Shown: positions 26,191 through 35,222 of the stretch, in pieces
Layout: each line of letters begins with the position of its first letter
Numbering within the stretch: position 1 is the stretch's first letter
NCBI GenBank assembly: GCA_038870975.1
Contig: JAVZJD010000001.1
Location: 480,001-544,000, forward strand
Length of the DNA stretch: 64,000 bases
Source of the DNA: Candidatus Bathyarchaeia archaeon
GTDB taxonomy: Archaea; Thermoproteota; CALKCG01; B24
Direction: 5' to 3'
Notes under the pieces: model-generated
Seen by the model: only the letters and a program-made list of their open reading frames with translations
What the model was told of the DNA's origin: nothing
Databases searched by the model: none
Made by a program: the position numbers and the translations under genes

Positions 26191-26213
26191 CTGTGAGTAT
26201 TATGGAGGTTTCT

Positions 26214-26759
26214 CTATTTTGATTCGAATTTCTCCTTGTATGTTTTAATAGCTTTTTCTATTGTTTTAATGGCTTCTTGTAGGTTTTTCCACTCTTTGAA
26301 TTTAACCCATTTGCCTGGTTCTAGTCTCTTATATGTTTCGAAGAATTCTTGAATTTCTCTTCTGACGTGTTCAGGTATGTCTTTGTAGTCTATTATGTGG
26401 TTGAAGCGGGGGTCTTTAACTGGGACGGCTACGATTTTATCGTCTATACCTGCTTCATCCTCCATAACTATTAGAGCTATGGGTCTTACTTTGACTATGC
26501 AGCCTGGGAAAGTTGGATGGGTTGTTAAGACTACTACGTCTAAAGGGTCTTCATCTTCATGCCAAGTTTGAGGGGCGAAGCCGTAGTCGAAAGGCCAGTA
26601 GACGGCGGAGTAGAGAACTCTGTCTAACTTAAAAACGCCGGTTTTTCTATCATACTCTATTTTGTTTGAGCTACCTTTCACGTTTTCAATTACTACGTTG
26701 AATTCGTAGGGTGCTTTATCTCCGAGGTTAACGTCGTGGAGTAGGTTCAAGGTTAACAC
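26214..26759 (-). CDS. ppa: Inorganic pyrophosphatase (family I)
   Basis: KIEYD, LDRVLYS, DYGFAPQT, DEDPLDV, DDKIVAV, FFETYKRLE. Confidence 0.97.
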   Translation of the reverse strand: MLTLNLLHDVNLGDKAPYEFNVVIENVKGSSNKIEYDRKTGVFKLDRVLYSAVYWPFDYGFAPQTWHEDEDPLDVVVLTTHPTFPGCIVKVRPIALIVMEDEAGIDDKIVAVPVKDPRFNHIIDYKDIPEHVRREIQEFFETYKRLEPGKWVKFKEWKNLQEAIKTIEKAIKTYKEKFESK

Positions 26760-26801
26760 CTTGTTTAAAGTCGTATTTGCTGGCTTATAACTTTAAATTC
26801 T

Positions 26802-27020
26802 GAATCGTTTTCGCTTTTTGAATAGCCATCTGCTGTGTAACTTACAGACGTATTCAAAGCCTGCGATGGGCTTTAAAGCTTCTTCATCTGATTTTGCTAT
26901 AAGAGCATGGTGTTCTATGTCTTCTTATGTTCAAGCAGTTCTTTGACTTGGATTACATCCTTCTCTTTTAGGTATTCCATGGTCGTCTTCTTAAGTCTTG
27001 GATTTTTGAGCTTCCATAAT
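26802..27020 (-). pseudogene. Decayed tyrosine recombinase/integrase, C-terminal relic
   Basis: WKLKNPRLKK.. TMEYLKEKDVIQVKELLEHKKT*NTML / AKSDEEALKPIAGFEYVCKLHSRWLFKKRK; homologous to the 19.5-kb relic. Confidence 0.8.
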
Positions 27021-27113
27021 GCTTTCTATGAATTTTCTCCGTGTTTTTAACTCTTAAAACTTGGAAGACGCTATTTTAATCGCGTTGAGAGTTTTAGTAG
27101 TTATCGTTGGTGG

Positions 27114-27171
27114 TTTTATGGAAAATTTATGGAAGTTTTTATGGCTATTTTTTATGGATAGTTAACCCCCC
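27114..27171 (-). repeat. G-tract/TTAACT plus four CCATAAA iterons (dispersed repeat, copy 2)
   Basis: Minus strand GGGGGGTTAACTAT-CCATAAAAAATAG-CCATAAAAACTT-CCATAAATTTT-CCATAAAA; shares CCATAAAAACTTCCATAAA with copy 1. Confidence 0.75.
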
Positions 27172-27363
27172 TCCTCTATTTTTAGGTTGTAAAGGGCTAG
27201 GTATATCCTATAAAGTCTATCGTATTTTTTTCTCATTCTTGTAGTTTGGGTTGTACTTATACTTCAAGTGGACCATTCTTAAGCATGCTTCTTCGATTGA
27301 TTTAAATAATCCCACTCCTCTAGCAAAAGCGACAATCCTATTCTCTAAATTCTCCAATGTAAC

Positions 27364-27540
27364 ATAGTCCAAGAGACCCTGTTTTTTCTCTCCAAGTCGC
27401 CTTTCTGCTTCTGGTTGTGAGAGGAAACTTTACAATAGATTATGGCCTTCTTAGACACGTCTGGTCTAGTGATACCAAGTAGATGTTCAACCTCACTTTC
27501 CGGCGCTCTCCTCCTACCGCCAACAGTTCTAATGACGAAG
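27364..27540 (-). mobile_element. IS607-family TnpA (MerR-HTH serine resolvase) relic
   Basis: VIRTVGGRRRAPESEVEHLLG...KAIIYCKVSSHNQKQKGDLERK, the eroded RTxGGxRR and YARVSS motifs; no start codon, truncated. Confidence 0.8.
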
Positions 27541-27544
27541 TTGC

Positions 27545-27590
27545 TGAACCATCCCCTCCCTATCGGAGGGGTGGAGCTCTCTAGGTTTCA
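27545..27590 (-). mobile_element. IS200/IS605- or IS607-type right-end-like hairpin (TnpB omega-RNA 3' end relic)
   Basis: GAGAGCTCCA-CCCCTCC-GATAG-GGAGGGG-ATGGTTCA: a subterminal GC hairpin ending in TTCA, abutting the IS607 relic. Confidence 0.45.
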
Positions 27591-27689
27591 GAGATGCGAT
27601 GAACCCTTGCATGGACTTCGCCGAACCTCAGCGCATGACAGTACATTTGGCTTCTTCCCCAATACCTTGGTGGACGTTTCCATGCCATC

Positions 27690-28052
27690 TTACATCTTTC
27701 TAAATAGCTTTGCGTCGTCCGTTATCAGTTTGGCGTCGTTCTCTATTGATGCCGTAACGTATGATGCCTCATAGTAAGTTATTTGGAGTTCACACGCCAG
27801 CTTGAAAACGAGGGAGCTGTCCAATGGATCTACGACACCCATTACCTTTAGAACATCGTCGATCAAGGCGATTACTTCTAGAGCTTCTTCGGCATTAATC
27901 CTCTTGAGTAGGCTGACCTCCCTCCATAGAGCGTTCCCGATCTCGTACTTCGTGAGGGAGAGGACTAAATGGTTCTTGAGCAATTCATATGCGTCTCGCC
28001 CGTGAAGCCTTATGGTGTTTAATAGAGCAGATGCATCGTAGAGTAGCTTCAT
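27690..28052 (-). CDS. vapC: VapC/PIN toxin, probably shortened by a premature stop
   Basis: LLYDASA, YEIGNALW, ITYYEASY (family D replaced by E), LITDD. The frame continues after TAA with KVLGKKPNVLS, resembling the family tail. Confidence 0.75.
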   Translation of the reverse strand: MKLLYDASALLNTIRLHGRDAYELLKNHLVLSLTKYEIGNALWREVSLLKRINAEEALEVIALIDDVLKVMGVVDPLDSSLVFKLACELQITYYEASYVTASIENDAKLITDDAKLFRKM

Positions 28053-28275
28053 CTCCCTTCACGGCTCGCCCTTATGGATTCCACCATTTCCTCCGAGGGG
28101 ATCTTCTTAAGGACTTCTCCTATTCTCTCAAGGGACGACTTGACCCTCTCTTCCTCGGCCCTCCTAACTTCCTCCTCAAGAGCTGCTCTAACCACCTTGC
28201 TTATGGGGATCCCGTACTTCCTCAACTTTTCACGCAGTTCTCTATCTATCTTAGCGGATATGTTACGTAAGCCAA
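28049..28275 (-). pseudogene. VapB/CcdA-like RHH antitoxin with a 1-nt frameshift near the start
   Basis: TTG GCT TAC GTA ACA (MAYVT) then a shift into ISAKIDRELREKLRKYGIPISKVVRAALEEEVRR...IRASREGR*; its TGA overlaps the vapC ATG. Confidence 0.7.
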
Positions 28276-28573
28276 ATATACCATCCCAAATGTAATACCA
28301 AATTAGTAATACTTAAAACATTACTAATGTCCTATTCGCTCTTGTCTCAGCTTGGTCTGTAAGACCACTCACGGTCCCCGTTCCATTCGACCGGTCCGCC
28401 TTCATACAGCGGCCTCAGTCCACTATTCCTCACTCTCGGCGTCGTTTTACCGTTTATGGGCTTCCAGAGTTCAACCGATGCTTTTCGCACTCGGTCACAT
28501 CGACCGCCAAGGCGCCCAAAAATTCAAATATAAAACCAGCTTTCTTTAAGAAGAGGGGAGGAAGAAGCCCTCT

Positions 28574-28597
28574 AAACCTCATAAAGGGAATTGAAAC
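28574..28597 (+). CRISPR. Solitary CRISPR-like repeat with a leader-like upstream region; no array
   Basis: AAACCTCATAAAGGGAATTGAAAC ends in the ATTGAAA(C/G) signature of archaeal repeats; upstream TCGACCGCC...AAATATAAAA resembles a leader/promoter; no second copy at spacer distance. Confidence 0.5.
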
Positions 28598-28652
28598 GTG
28601 TATCTGTCGTACGATTTATGACTATGTCAAATTTTTGTGAAGGATTTTATTA

Positions 28653-28746
28653 AAATCCCTAGGTATTCTAAAAAGTTATTCTGAATTCCATGATGTCGCC
28701 CACGTCTAAATCATTTCAAAAAGTTTTTAGAATACCTATAGGATTT
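28653..28746. repeat. Inverted repeat, ~22-nt arms with a perfect 15-bp core
   Basis: TAGGTATTCTAAAAA (28660-28674) versus TTTTTAGAATACCTA (28724-28738), extended by AAATCC/GGATTT. Confidence 0.8.
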
Positions 28747-29202
28747 GGAACATATTTTGACAAATCCATGAGTTTCATAGAGGTTGTTGCGATGGGTGGA
28801 GTAGAAAATTACTGAGAGTAATTTTATCATGGAAAAATACTAGGGGGAGGGGTTAATTTGGTCTTCCCTTCTTAACTCTTAATACTGCTACTTTAGGCTT
28901 CTCTCATCTAATTCACGAAATCCTCCGTGGAAACTTCATAAGACCTCCCACAGACCTCATTCAACTTTCTCACAGTCTAGTGAATATTAGGTTGAAGTAA
29001 CAATTTCAACCTCTAATACCAAGACTGAAGAAGATCATGTTTAATTTCCGAAAGACTTCATGGGATAAACTATTAAAAGTATCACATCATTAAGATTTAT
29101 TTTTCCATCACAATCCCGCGTGAGCATCGCTCGTAAACTTGTGCCTTTATGTTTCAATTATTTTAACTGGCACCTAATCAAAGTTTGGCTCTCAAAGGGC
29201 TG

Positions 29203-29226
29203 GAATCTCGTAGAGAGAATTAAAAG
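29203..29226 (+). CRISPR. Second solitary, degenerate CRISPR-like repeat
   Basis: GAATCTCGTAGAGAGAATTAAAAG; 17/24 ungapped identity to 28574-28597 and similar to crenarchaeal GAATCTC...GAGAATTGAAAG-type repeats. Confidence 0.4.
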
Positions 29227-29353
29227 ATACTTTCTGTATTTTTACGATTTTTCACTTCTGCAACGTAGAATTCCATGAAGAAAATCGACTTCTTAAATTG
29301 CACATAATACTTTTATGAGTGAATGGTCTAGTAGAAAATAGTGGTGTTGCTCA

Positions 29354-29749
29354 TTGGTTTTGAGGAGAGAGGCGTTGCTCTGGATGAGGCAGGCTGAAAG
29401 CGATTTGAAGAAAGCCGAAAACGACCTTAAGACGGGTGATTGGGATTCTGCGGCTTTCTGGTCTCAACAAACGGCTGAAAAAGCTTTGAAGGCCATATTG
29501 ATAAACGCCGGTAAAGTGTATAGGGGGCATGACCTCCTGGGTATTGGAGAATCTTTAAAGTTAGAATTGGAGATCGACATAGACTCGATTCTCAAAGACC
29601 TCAGAGAACTCACCATCCACTATACGATTTCAAGATACCCCAACGCTGCCAACGCCTTACCTATGGAGCTTTACGACGAAGAGAAGGCCCGTGGGCTCGT
29701 CGAGATGGCTCGGAGGGTTTTAAAATGGTCAAAGCAGTATCTGCGTTGA
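29354..29749 (+). CDS. HEPN domain protein (HEPN-MNT toxin-antitoxin)
   Basis: WMRQAESDL, FWSQQTAEKALKA, GHDL, HYTISRYP. Confidence 0.92.
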   Translation: MVLRREALLWMRQAESDLKKAENDLKTGDWDSAAFWSQQTAEKALKAILINAGKVYRGHDLLGIGESLKLELEIDIDSILKDLRELTIHYTISRYPNAANALPMELYDEEKARGLVEMARRVLKWSKQYLR

Positions 29750-30069
29750 AAAGTCAAGAGAGGGCATTTGAAATAATCGAGAGATTTATTGAAAATGCCA
29801 AGAGGCTATGTTCGATGAAGGGACTTCTACTCAGGGAGGCTTACCTCGTGGGCTCTAGAGCGCGGGGCGACTATTTAGAGGATAGCGATATAGACTTAGT
29901 TTTGATAGTCGAGGGCGTTGAAGGCATGGATCAACTGGAGAGGAGGAGAGCCTTCGTAGAAGCACTCGAGAAGGAGATGGAGACGTTCGTCTATACTCCG
30001 AAAGAATGGCATAGCGATGGCTCTCTCTGGATACGGGAGTTGAAGAAAGAGGCGGTGAAAATATCGTAG
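29725..30069 (+). CDS. Minimal nucleotidyltransferase (MNT antitoxin)
   Basis: YLVGSRARGDYLEDSDIDLV; overlaps the HEPN gene. Confidence 0.92.
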   Translation: MVKAVSALKSQERAFEIIERFIENAKRLCSMKGLLLREAYLVGSRARGDYLEDSDIDLVLIVEGVEGMDQLERRRAFVEALEKEMETFVYTPKEWHSDGSLWIRELKKEAVKIS

Positions 30070-30331
30070 CCCTATTAATTCTCTTATCGTGTTACTCTTA
30101 GTTTTGAGGATGTTGAGCTTCACCAATTAATCTATCTGCTTTAATTCTCAGTTTTTCAACTTATTAGGATTATTTTTGAACCTACATACAATACGTACGT
30201 ATATTAAAATTTACCTTAATATATGGAAATGACTGCCGCATAGTGACGGTTGGAGTGAGGACAACGTAATTTACGGTTAAATCAACACTATGCTTAACTT
30301 TCTGTCTTTCCATCTCTGTACAGGTGTCTCT

Positions 30332-31399
30332 TTGAATTCTAGGGAGCGGGTATTGGCTGTTGTAAACCACGAGTTACCCGACCGTATTCCCACTGATATT
30401 TGGGCCACTCCTGAAGTTTGGAGTAGACTTAAAGCCTATTTCGGTGAGGGTGTCGATATATTGGAGGTTTTGCACATAGATGGTATTTTTGGAGTGGCAC
30501 CTAAGTACGTAGGTCCTCCACTACCTTCTAATGATGGGGAGGTTGTAGATTACTGGGGTGTATGTTATAAGAAGGTTGATTATGGTTTAGGTGTTTATGA
30601 GGAGCCGGTTAGGCATCCACTCGCTGAGGCTAGAACAATCGAGGATCTAGATAGATACCGGTGGCCAAGTGTAGATTGGTTCGATTTCTCCAGTATGCGT
30701 GAGGCGGCTAGGAGATTGCGTGAGAATCGTGTTGTTAAAGCAGGTTATATGGCTATATTCTACCAGCATTGTCTATTGAGGGGTTTTAAAAACGCGCTAC
30801 TCGATCCCCTTATGAGGCCTGAGTTTACACGATATCTGCTGGATAGAGTATTCGAGTTTCTATACGAGTTGCATCTACGTATGTTTCAAGCTTGCGACGG
30901 CTTAATAGACGTTACAGAGGTGACGGATGACTTCGGCACTCAGAACGGTCCGATGATAAGTCTCAAGGTTTTCCGCGGGTTCTACCGTCCATACATGGAG
31001 AAGTTCATAGATTTAGCCCACGGCTTTGGGATTAAAGTCTTCCACCACGACGATGGGGCTATACGTATATTCATACCAGACCTCGTGGAGATGGGCATAG
31101 ACATATTGAACCCAGTGCAGTGGACATGTCCAGGAATGGACCTTGGAGAGTTGAAGAGTGAATTCGGTAGACGGTTATGCTTCCACGGAGCTATAGACAA
31201 TCAACGTATACTATCCTTCGCATCGCCAGAACAAGTTAGAGCAGAGGTTAGAAGATGCATAGACATACTGGCGTCTGATGGGACAGGATACATAGTAGCA
31301 CCATGCCACAACATACAACCAATAACACCAGTAGAAAACATAATAGCAATGTACGATGAAGCATACAAATACGGGTCGAAGCACTGCAGAAGAGCATGA
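30332..31399 (+). CDS. Uroporphyrinogen decarboxylase / MtaA-CmuA methyltransferase family protein
   Basis: SRERV...HELPDRIP, DDFGTQNG, HHDDG, LNPVQ, APCHNIQ. Start moved to TTG 30332 after a GGTG SD; the ORF track starts at 30290. Confidence 0.88.
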   Translation: MNSRERVLAVVNHELPDRIPTDIWATPEVWSRLKAYFGEGVDILEVLHIDGIFGVAPKYVGPPLPSNDGEVVDYWGVCYKKVDYGLGVYEEPVRHPLAEARTIEDLDRYRWPSVDWFDFSSMREAARRLRENRVVKAGYMAIFYQHCLLRGFKNALLDPLMRPEFTRYLLDRVFEFLYELHLRMFQACDGLIDVTEVTDDFGTQNGPMISLKVFRGFYRPYMEKFIDLAHGFGIKVFHHDDGAIRIFIPDLVEMGIDILNPVQWTCPGMDLGELKSEFGRRLCFHGAIDNQRILSFASPEQVRAEVRRCIDILASDGTGYIVAPCHNIQPITPVENIIAMYDEAYKYGSKHCRRA

Positions 31400-31745
31400 A
31401 TTTTAAGTTCATCATATGGAAATCTAAATCGTGTGAAGAAAGGCTGAAGACAGCCGATGGAAGCCTTTAAAATGGTATTATTGCCCACTCTAAATATAGA
31501 TGTTTGACCTTATTCCTCGTAATATGGAGTAGCCCACTGTTTCTAGTTACGACGGAAGAATATGTAGATAAATCCCTGAAACTGGTTGAGGGGTCGCCCC
31601 ATGAAATAAAACGTGTGATTAAAGTGGAGGATTGGAAGCCGTAATGAAGCTATCGTGAGGAATATTGATATTCTATGGAGAGTTTTATTGGCAGGTAAAG
31701 CTTTTAACGTTACACGTAGATTCATATTTTGAGGTGTATGATAAG

Positions 31746-32189
31746 GTGAACTGCTGGATCTTCACGGTTACTGAGGAAAACTGGGTCACGGTTAAAAACG
31801 TTAATGTTTTCGGAGTACCTGAGGCTAGGGGTCGTAAAGCTACCGAGCTAGTCAAGCCTGGAGATATGCTAGTCTTTTACGTGACTAAGAGGGACTCTAA
31901 AAGCCTAGGAGGAATGATAGTAGGCGTGTATAAAGCCGCTTCAACGTGGTTTAGAGAGGATAGACCGTTATGGCCTGATGAGGTTAGAGAGGGCGTAGTC
32001 AAATATCCATGGAGGATTAAGATAGAGCTCGTGAAGCTTGGAACAGCCTCCTACGAAAGGCTTGTTGACAGGTTGAGTTTCGTTAAGAATAAAGGTAGAG
32101 CTGGTGCGTACTTAATCGGCAGTCCAGCAAACTTTAAGAAGCCCATACCTGAGAAGGATTTCAAACTCATAGTTGAAAGCATGGAGTGA
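31746..32189 (+). CDS. EVE domain (PUA-like modified-base reader) protein
   Basis: CWIFTVTEENW, VKPGDMLVFYV, GMIVGVY, LWPDE, YPWR. GTG 31746 follows a GAGGTG SD; the ORF track starts at 31665. Confidence 0.88.
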   Translation: MNCWIFTVTEENWVTVKNVNVFGVPEARGRKATELVKPGDMLVFYVTKRDSKSLGGMIVGVYKAASTWFREDRPLWPDEVREGVVKYPWRIKIELVKLGTASYERLVDRLSFVKNKGRAGAYLIGSPANFKKPIPEKDFKLIVESME

Positions 32190-32195
32190 AGCCAT

Positions 32196-34385
32196 TTGGT
32201 CGATAAGCTCGTAGAAAAGTGGCTTCCCCTTTCTGAATTGAATCTACATGCTATGCTTGAAATGGCTTTTAGAGGAATGGCTGCAAAATATAAAAAAGAT
32301 TTTGTCAAAATTTATGGAATTGAGCCTAAAAAGATAGGTGTAGGGACGACGCTTTTAAGGAACATTCACCCATGGCCTGCAAGGAGACCTACAGCACCTG
32401 CACGTTTGTTAAACTTAGCTTCAATACTACCTTCAAACTTCAACCATGATTTTTTCAGAAAACTTTCAGGGTTGACTAACATCCCTAATTTAGCGAATCA
32501 AGATATTCTTCCAATACTTCTACATGCAAAACCAACTGAAACAGAGCTGACGGAAGTCTTAATTAAAGAGTATAATCGAAAGCCTGAAGACTTTGTTATT
32601 GTAGATCCTATGGCTGGTGGTGGCTCTATTCCTTTGGAGGCTTTGAGGCTTGGCTTTAGGACCGTGGCTATGGAGTATAACCCTGTCGCCTATCTTATCC
32701 TTAAGGCTACTTTAGAGTATCCCGCTAAGTATGGTGCAAAGCTTTACGAGGAGGTTAAGGCTGAGGCTGAGAGGCTTATATGCTGGGCTAGGGAGGAGCT
32801 TTGGAAGTACTATCCGGAGGACGCTATGAACTATATTATCGCCAGGGGGTATAGGTGTAGGTCTTGCGGGGGCTTAATTCCGATAATACATACTACCAGG
32901 CTCGGTAAGAATGGTCCTTACATAAGATTCTCCTTCGATAAAGATAGGAAGAGCTTCACGGTAGATGTTTCTAGCGTAGAAACAGAGTTTGACAGGCTTA
33001 GATGCCCATACTGTAAATCGCCAGTAGTTGAAGACATAGCCCTTCGAGAATGGGTTTCCAGACATAAGCGGCTTTTAAGAGTTGCGTTAAATGGAGACTT
33101 TAAATCCGCTAGAGAATCGGTTGAAGAACTCAATCAGACGCACATACTCCTGGTTAAGCAAACAGGGAGGGGATTTAAAGCGACTGGGAAGGGGGATGTG
33201 GAAAAGTTTACCGAAGCATACCTAGACCTCGTTAGGTTGAGTGGAGAGCTTAAAGAGTATATACCTTCAGACCCAATACCCAAAGCCGAAAATGAAGTAT
33301 TCAAACCAGCGACGGACCTGGGAATAGAATACTGGTATGAACTATTCAACCCAAGACAGCTCTTAATCCTGTCAGAGCTCATAAAATACGTCAGAACGAG
33401 AGCCGGAGAATTAATAGAGAAAAAGGGTGAATTTGGAGCTGCAACGACCCTTTATTTAACGTTCGGAGTAGATAAAATAAATAATTACAACACACTTGCA
33501 TCCACATGGCATGAGTCTCACTCTGTCATCAGAGATCTAACTGGTCATTATGCTTCAAAAAGAGAGGTCGATTTCGGCCTCGAATACTGTGAGGCTAAAC
33601 GTATAGACTTAGCTCTAGGCTGGGTTTTTGAGCCTGACGTTGAGGAGCCTACTAAGACTCATGGAGGTATTTGCCCTGTCGTTAAATACTTGTGTTCTTG
33701 GCTTGATGGTTTGGGCGATAGGGTTAGAGTGTTTATGGCTGATGCTATGGAACTCTCTAAGGTTTTAGGTGGGAAGAGCGCCGATGTTATTAACGTTGAT
33801 CCTCCGTACTTTGATCAGCATACTTACAGCGATATAAGCGAGTTCTTCTGGCAAATCCTGAGGATCACGTTGGCTCCTGCCATAGACGCAGGCTATCTAT
33901 TCAGTAGAGGAGAGCCTAGTAGAGCTGAGCTGTTCGTCTCAGGTTGGAGCTCCATACTGTCAACAGTCCCAAGAGATAATGAGCTCATAGAGAGGAAGAC
34001 CGTTAAAGTCTCCGCTAAAGGGAGGAGTACTCTGGAGATTTTAGAACGTATGAAAACACCGCATAGTAGAGATTGGTATGTGAAAAACATGTGGAAATTC
34101 TTCCGTGAGGTTTACAAGAGCCTTAAAGACGGCGGCGTCCTCATAGTATGGTTTACCCACAGCGACCCTGAGGCTTGGGAGGGCATTCTAAGCGCTCTAT
34201 ACGCTTCAGGCTTTATTATCACTAAGGTTTGGACCATAAGGACGGAGATGGCTGAGAGGCGTGTAGCATTAGCGGGGTCTGCATTCTTCTCAAGTTTAGC
34301 GATCGTAGCTAGGAAAGCGGGCGAGAGAGTGGTCGTCGGCACCAGAAGCATTAGAGATCTATCGATGAATGAAGATGTTAAATAA
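32196..34385 (+). CDS. DUF1156-type adenine-specific DNA methyltransferase with zinc ribbon, N-terminal 729 aa
   Basis: HPWPARRP, motif I DPMAGGGSIPLEA, CRSC/CPYC, LFNPRQL, motif IV VDPPY, LKDGGVLIVWFTH. Confidence 0.9.
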   Translation: MVDKLVEKWLPLSELNLHAMLEMAFRGMAAKYKKDFVKIYGIEPKKIGVGTTLLRNIHPWPARRPTAPARLLNLASILPSNFNHDFFRKLSGLTNIPNLANQDILPILLHAKPTETELTEVLIKEYNRKPEDFVIVDPMAGGGSIPLEALRLGFRTVAMEYNPVAYLILKATLEYPAKYGAKLYEEVKAEAERLICWAREELWKYYPEDAMNYIIARGYRCRSCGGLIPIIHTTRLGKNGPYIRFSFDKDRKSFTVDVSSVETEFDRLRCPYCKSPVVEDIALREWVSRHKRLLRVALNGDFKSARESVEELNQTHILLVKQTGRGFKATGKGDVEKFTEAYLDLVRLSGELKEYIPSDPIPKAENEVFKPATDLGIEYWYELFNPRQLLILSELIKYVRTRAGELIEKKGEFGAATTLYLTFGVDKINNYNTLASTWHESHSVIRDLTGHYASKREVDFGLEYCEAKRIDLALGWVFEPDVEEPTKTHGGICPVVKYLCSWLDGLGDRVRVFMADAMELSKVLGGKSADVINVDPPYFDQHTYSDISEFFWQILRITLAPAIDAGYLFSRGEPSRAELFVSGWSSILSTVPRDNELIERKTVKVSAKGRSTLEILERMKTPHSRDWYVKNMWKFFREVYKSLKDGGVLIVWFTHSDPEAWEGILSALYASGFIITKVWTIRTEMAERRVALAGSAFFSSLAIVARKAGERVVVGTRSIRDLSMNEDVK

Positions 34386-34391
34386 GCTATT

Positions 34392-35222
34392 ATGTCAAGC
34401 ACTGTGGACGCCCTTCAAAGCGCCATAGAGTCGGGGGCTTCGGAGCACGAGAAGTACATCATGGCTCTAGCTGGCGCGATAGCAGGCGCCACGCGAATAT
34501 GGAACCCATCGATTGAAGCAGTATCGGTTAAACGTGGCGTTAGACCTATAGATGAGTTTGCTGAAACGGAGAATTTAGATGTGGAGGACGTATACAGGTT
34601 TGTCGTGATGTTGCAATTTTTCAGGGAAAGTCTATATCCAGTGGCTTTATACCACGGTGTTTCAAGAATCCTAGAGGGCACTCTTAAAGAGGCTTTTACG
34701 AAGGCTGGCGTTGAAAAAACCTTGGCTGAAAACATGGTTAACGACATACTCCTAGTGGATAATGACTCCAAAGCCTACCTACTCCTATGGATGTCTACAA
34801 GATTCTCCGAGGAATCAACCGTTGAATATGATTTTGGCGAGAAGATCTGTAAGGTTATTGGCACGAGCCTCGACAGACTTAAAAACTTAGGGCTATTGGA
34901 GACTAAAGGAGGAACTACGTGTAAAATAATCTACGGTAAAGAGGCGGCAGATCTTATCAAGCGTAGGGTTGAAATTCTAGATAAAACCGTTTCAGGCATG
35001 GCTTTAAGACTCACGAAAATTCTAGCTGATACCCCGGCTGTCGAAGAGACTGGTAGAGCTGCGGAGCGAGTAAAAACATTATTTCCATTCAGTAGGCAGG
35101 TTGTGGCTGTTGCACTATTCCTACTGCTCACCGCCAGGGAGGATGAGTTGGAGTCGTTCGGCATTACGAGGCTAAACAAGCCTTTCATAGAAAACGTGCT
35201 TAAACTCCTGTATGGGAGGTGA
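34392..35222 (+). CDS. C-terminal part of the same methyltransferase, in frame after a single TAA
   Basis: GTT AAA TAA GCT ATT ATG: same frame as 32196-34385, no SD; helical C-terminal region as expected for DUF1156 methylases. Confidence 0.7.
   Translation: MSSTVDALQSAIESGASEHEKYIMALAGAIAGATRIWNPSIEAVSVKRGVRPIDEFAETENLDVEDVYRFVVMLQFFRESLYPVALYHGVSRILEGTLKEAFTKAGVEKTLAENMVNDILLVDNDSKAYLLLWMSTRFSEESTVEYDFGEKICKVIGTSLDRLKNLGLLETKGGTTCKIIYGKEAADLIKRRVEILDKTVSGMALRLTKILADTPAVEETGRAAERVKTLFPFSRQVVAVALFLLLTAREDELESFGITRLNKPFIENVLKLLYGR

Noticed and set aside
28560-29260. A true CRISPR array
   Set aside because: No periodic repeat-spacer structure; only two isolated, divergent repeat-like units and no cas genes in the window
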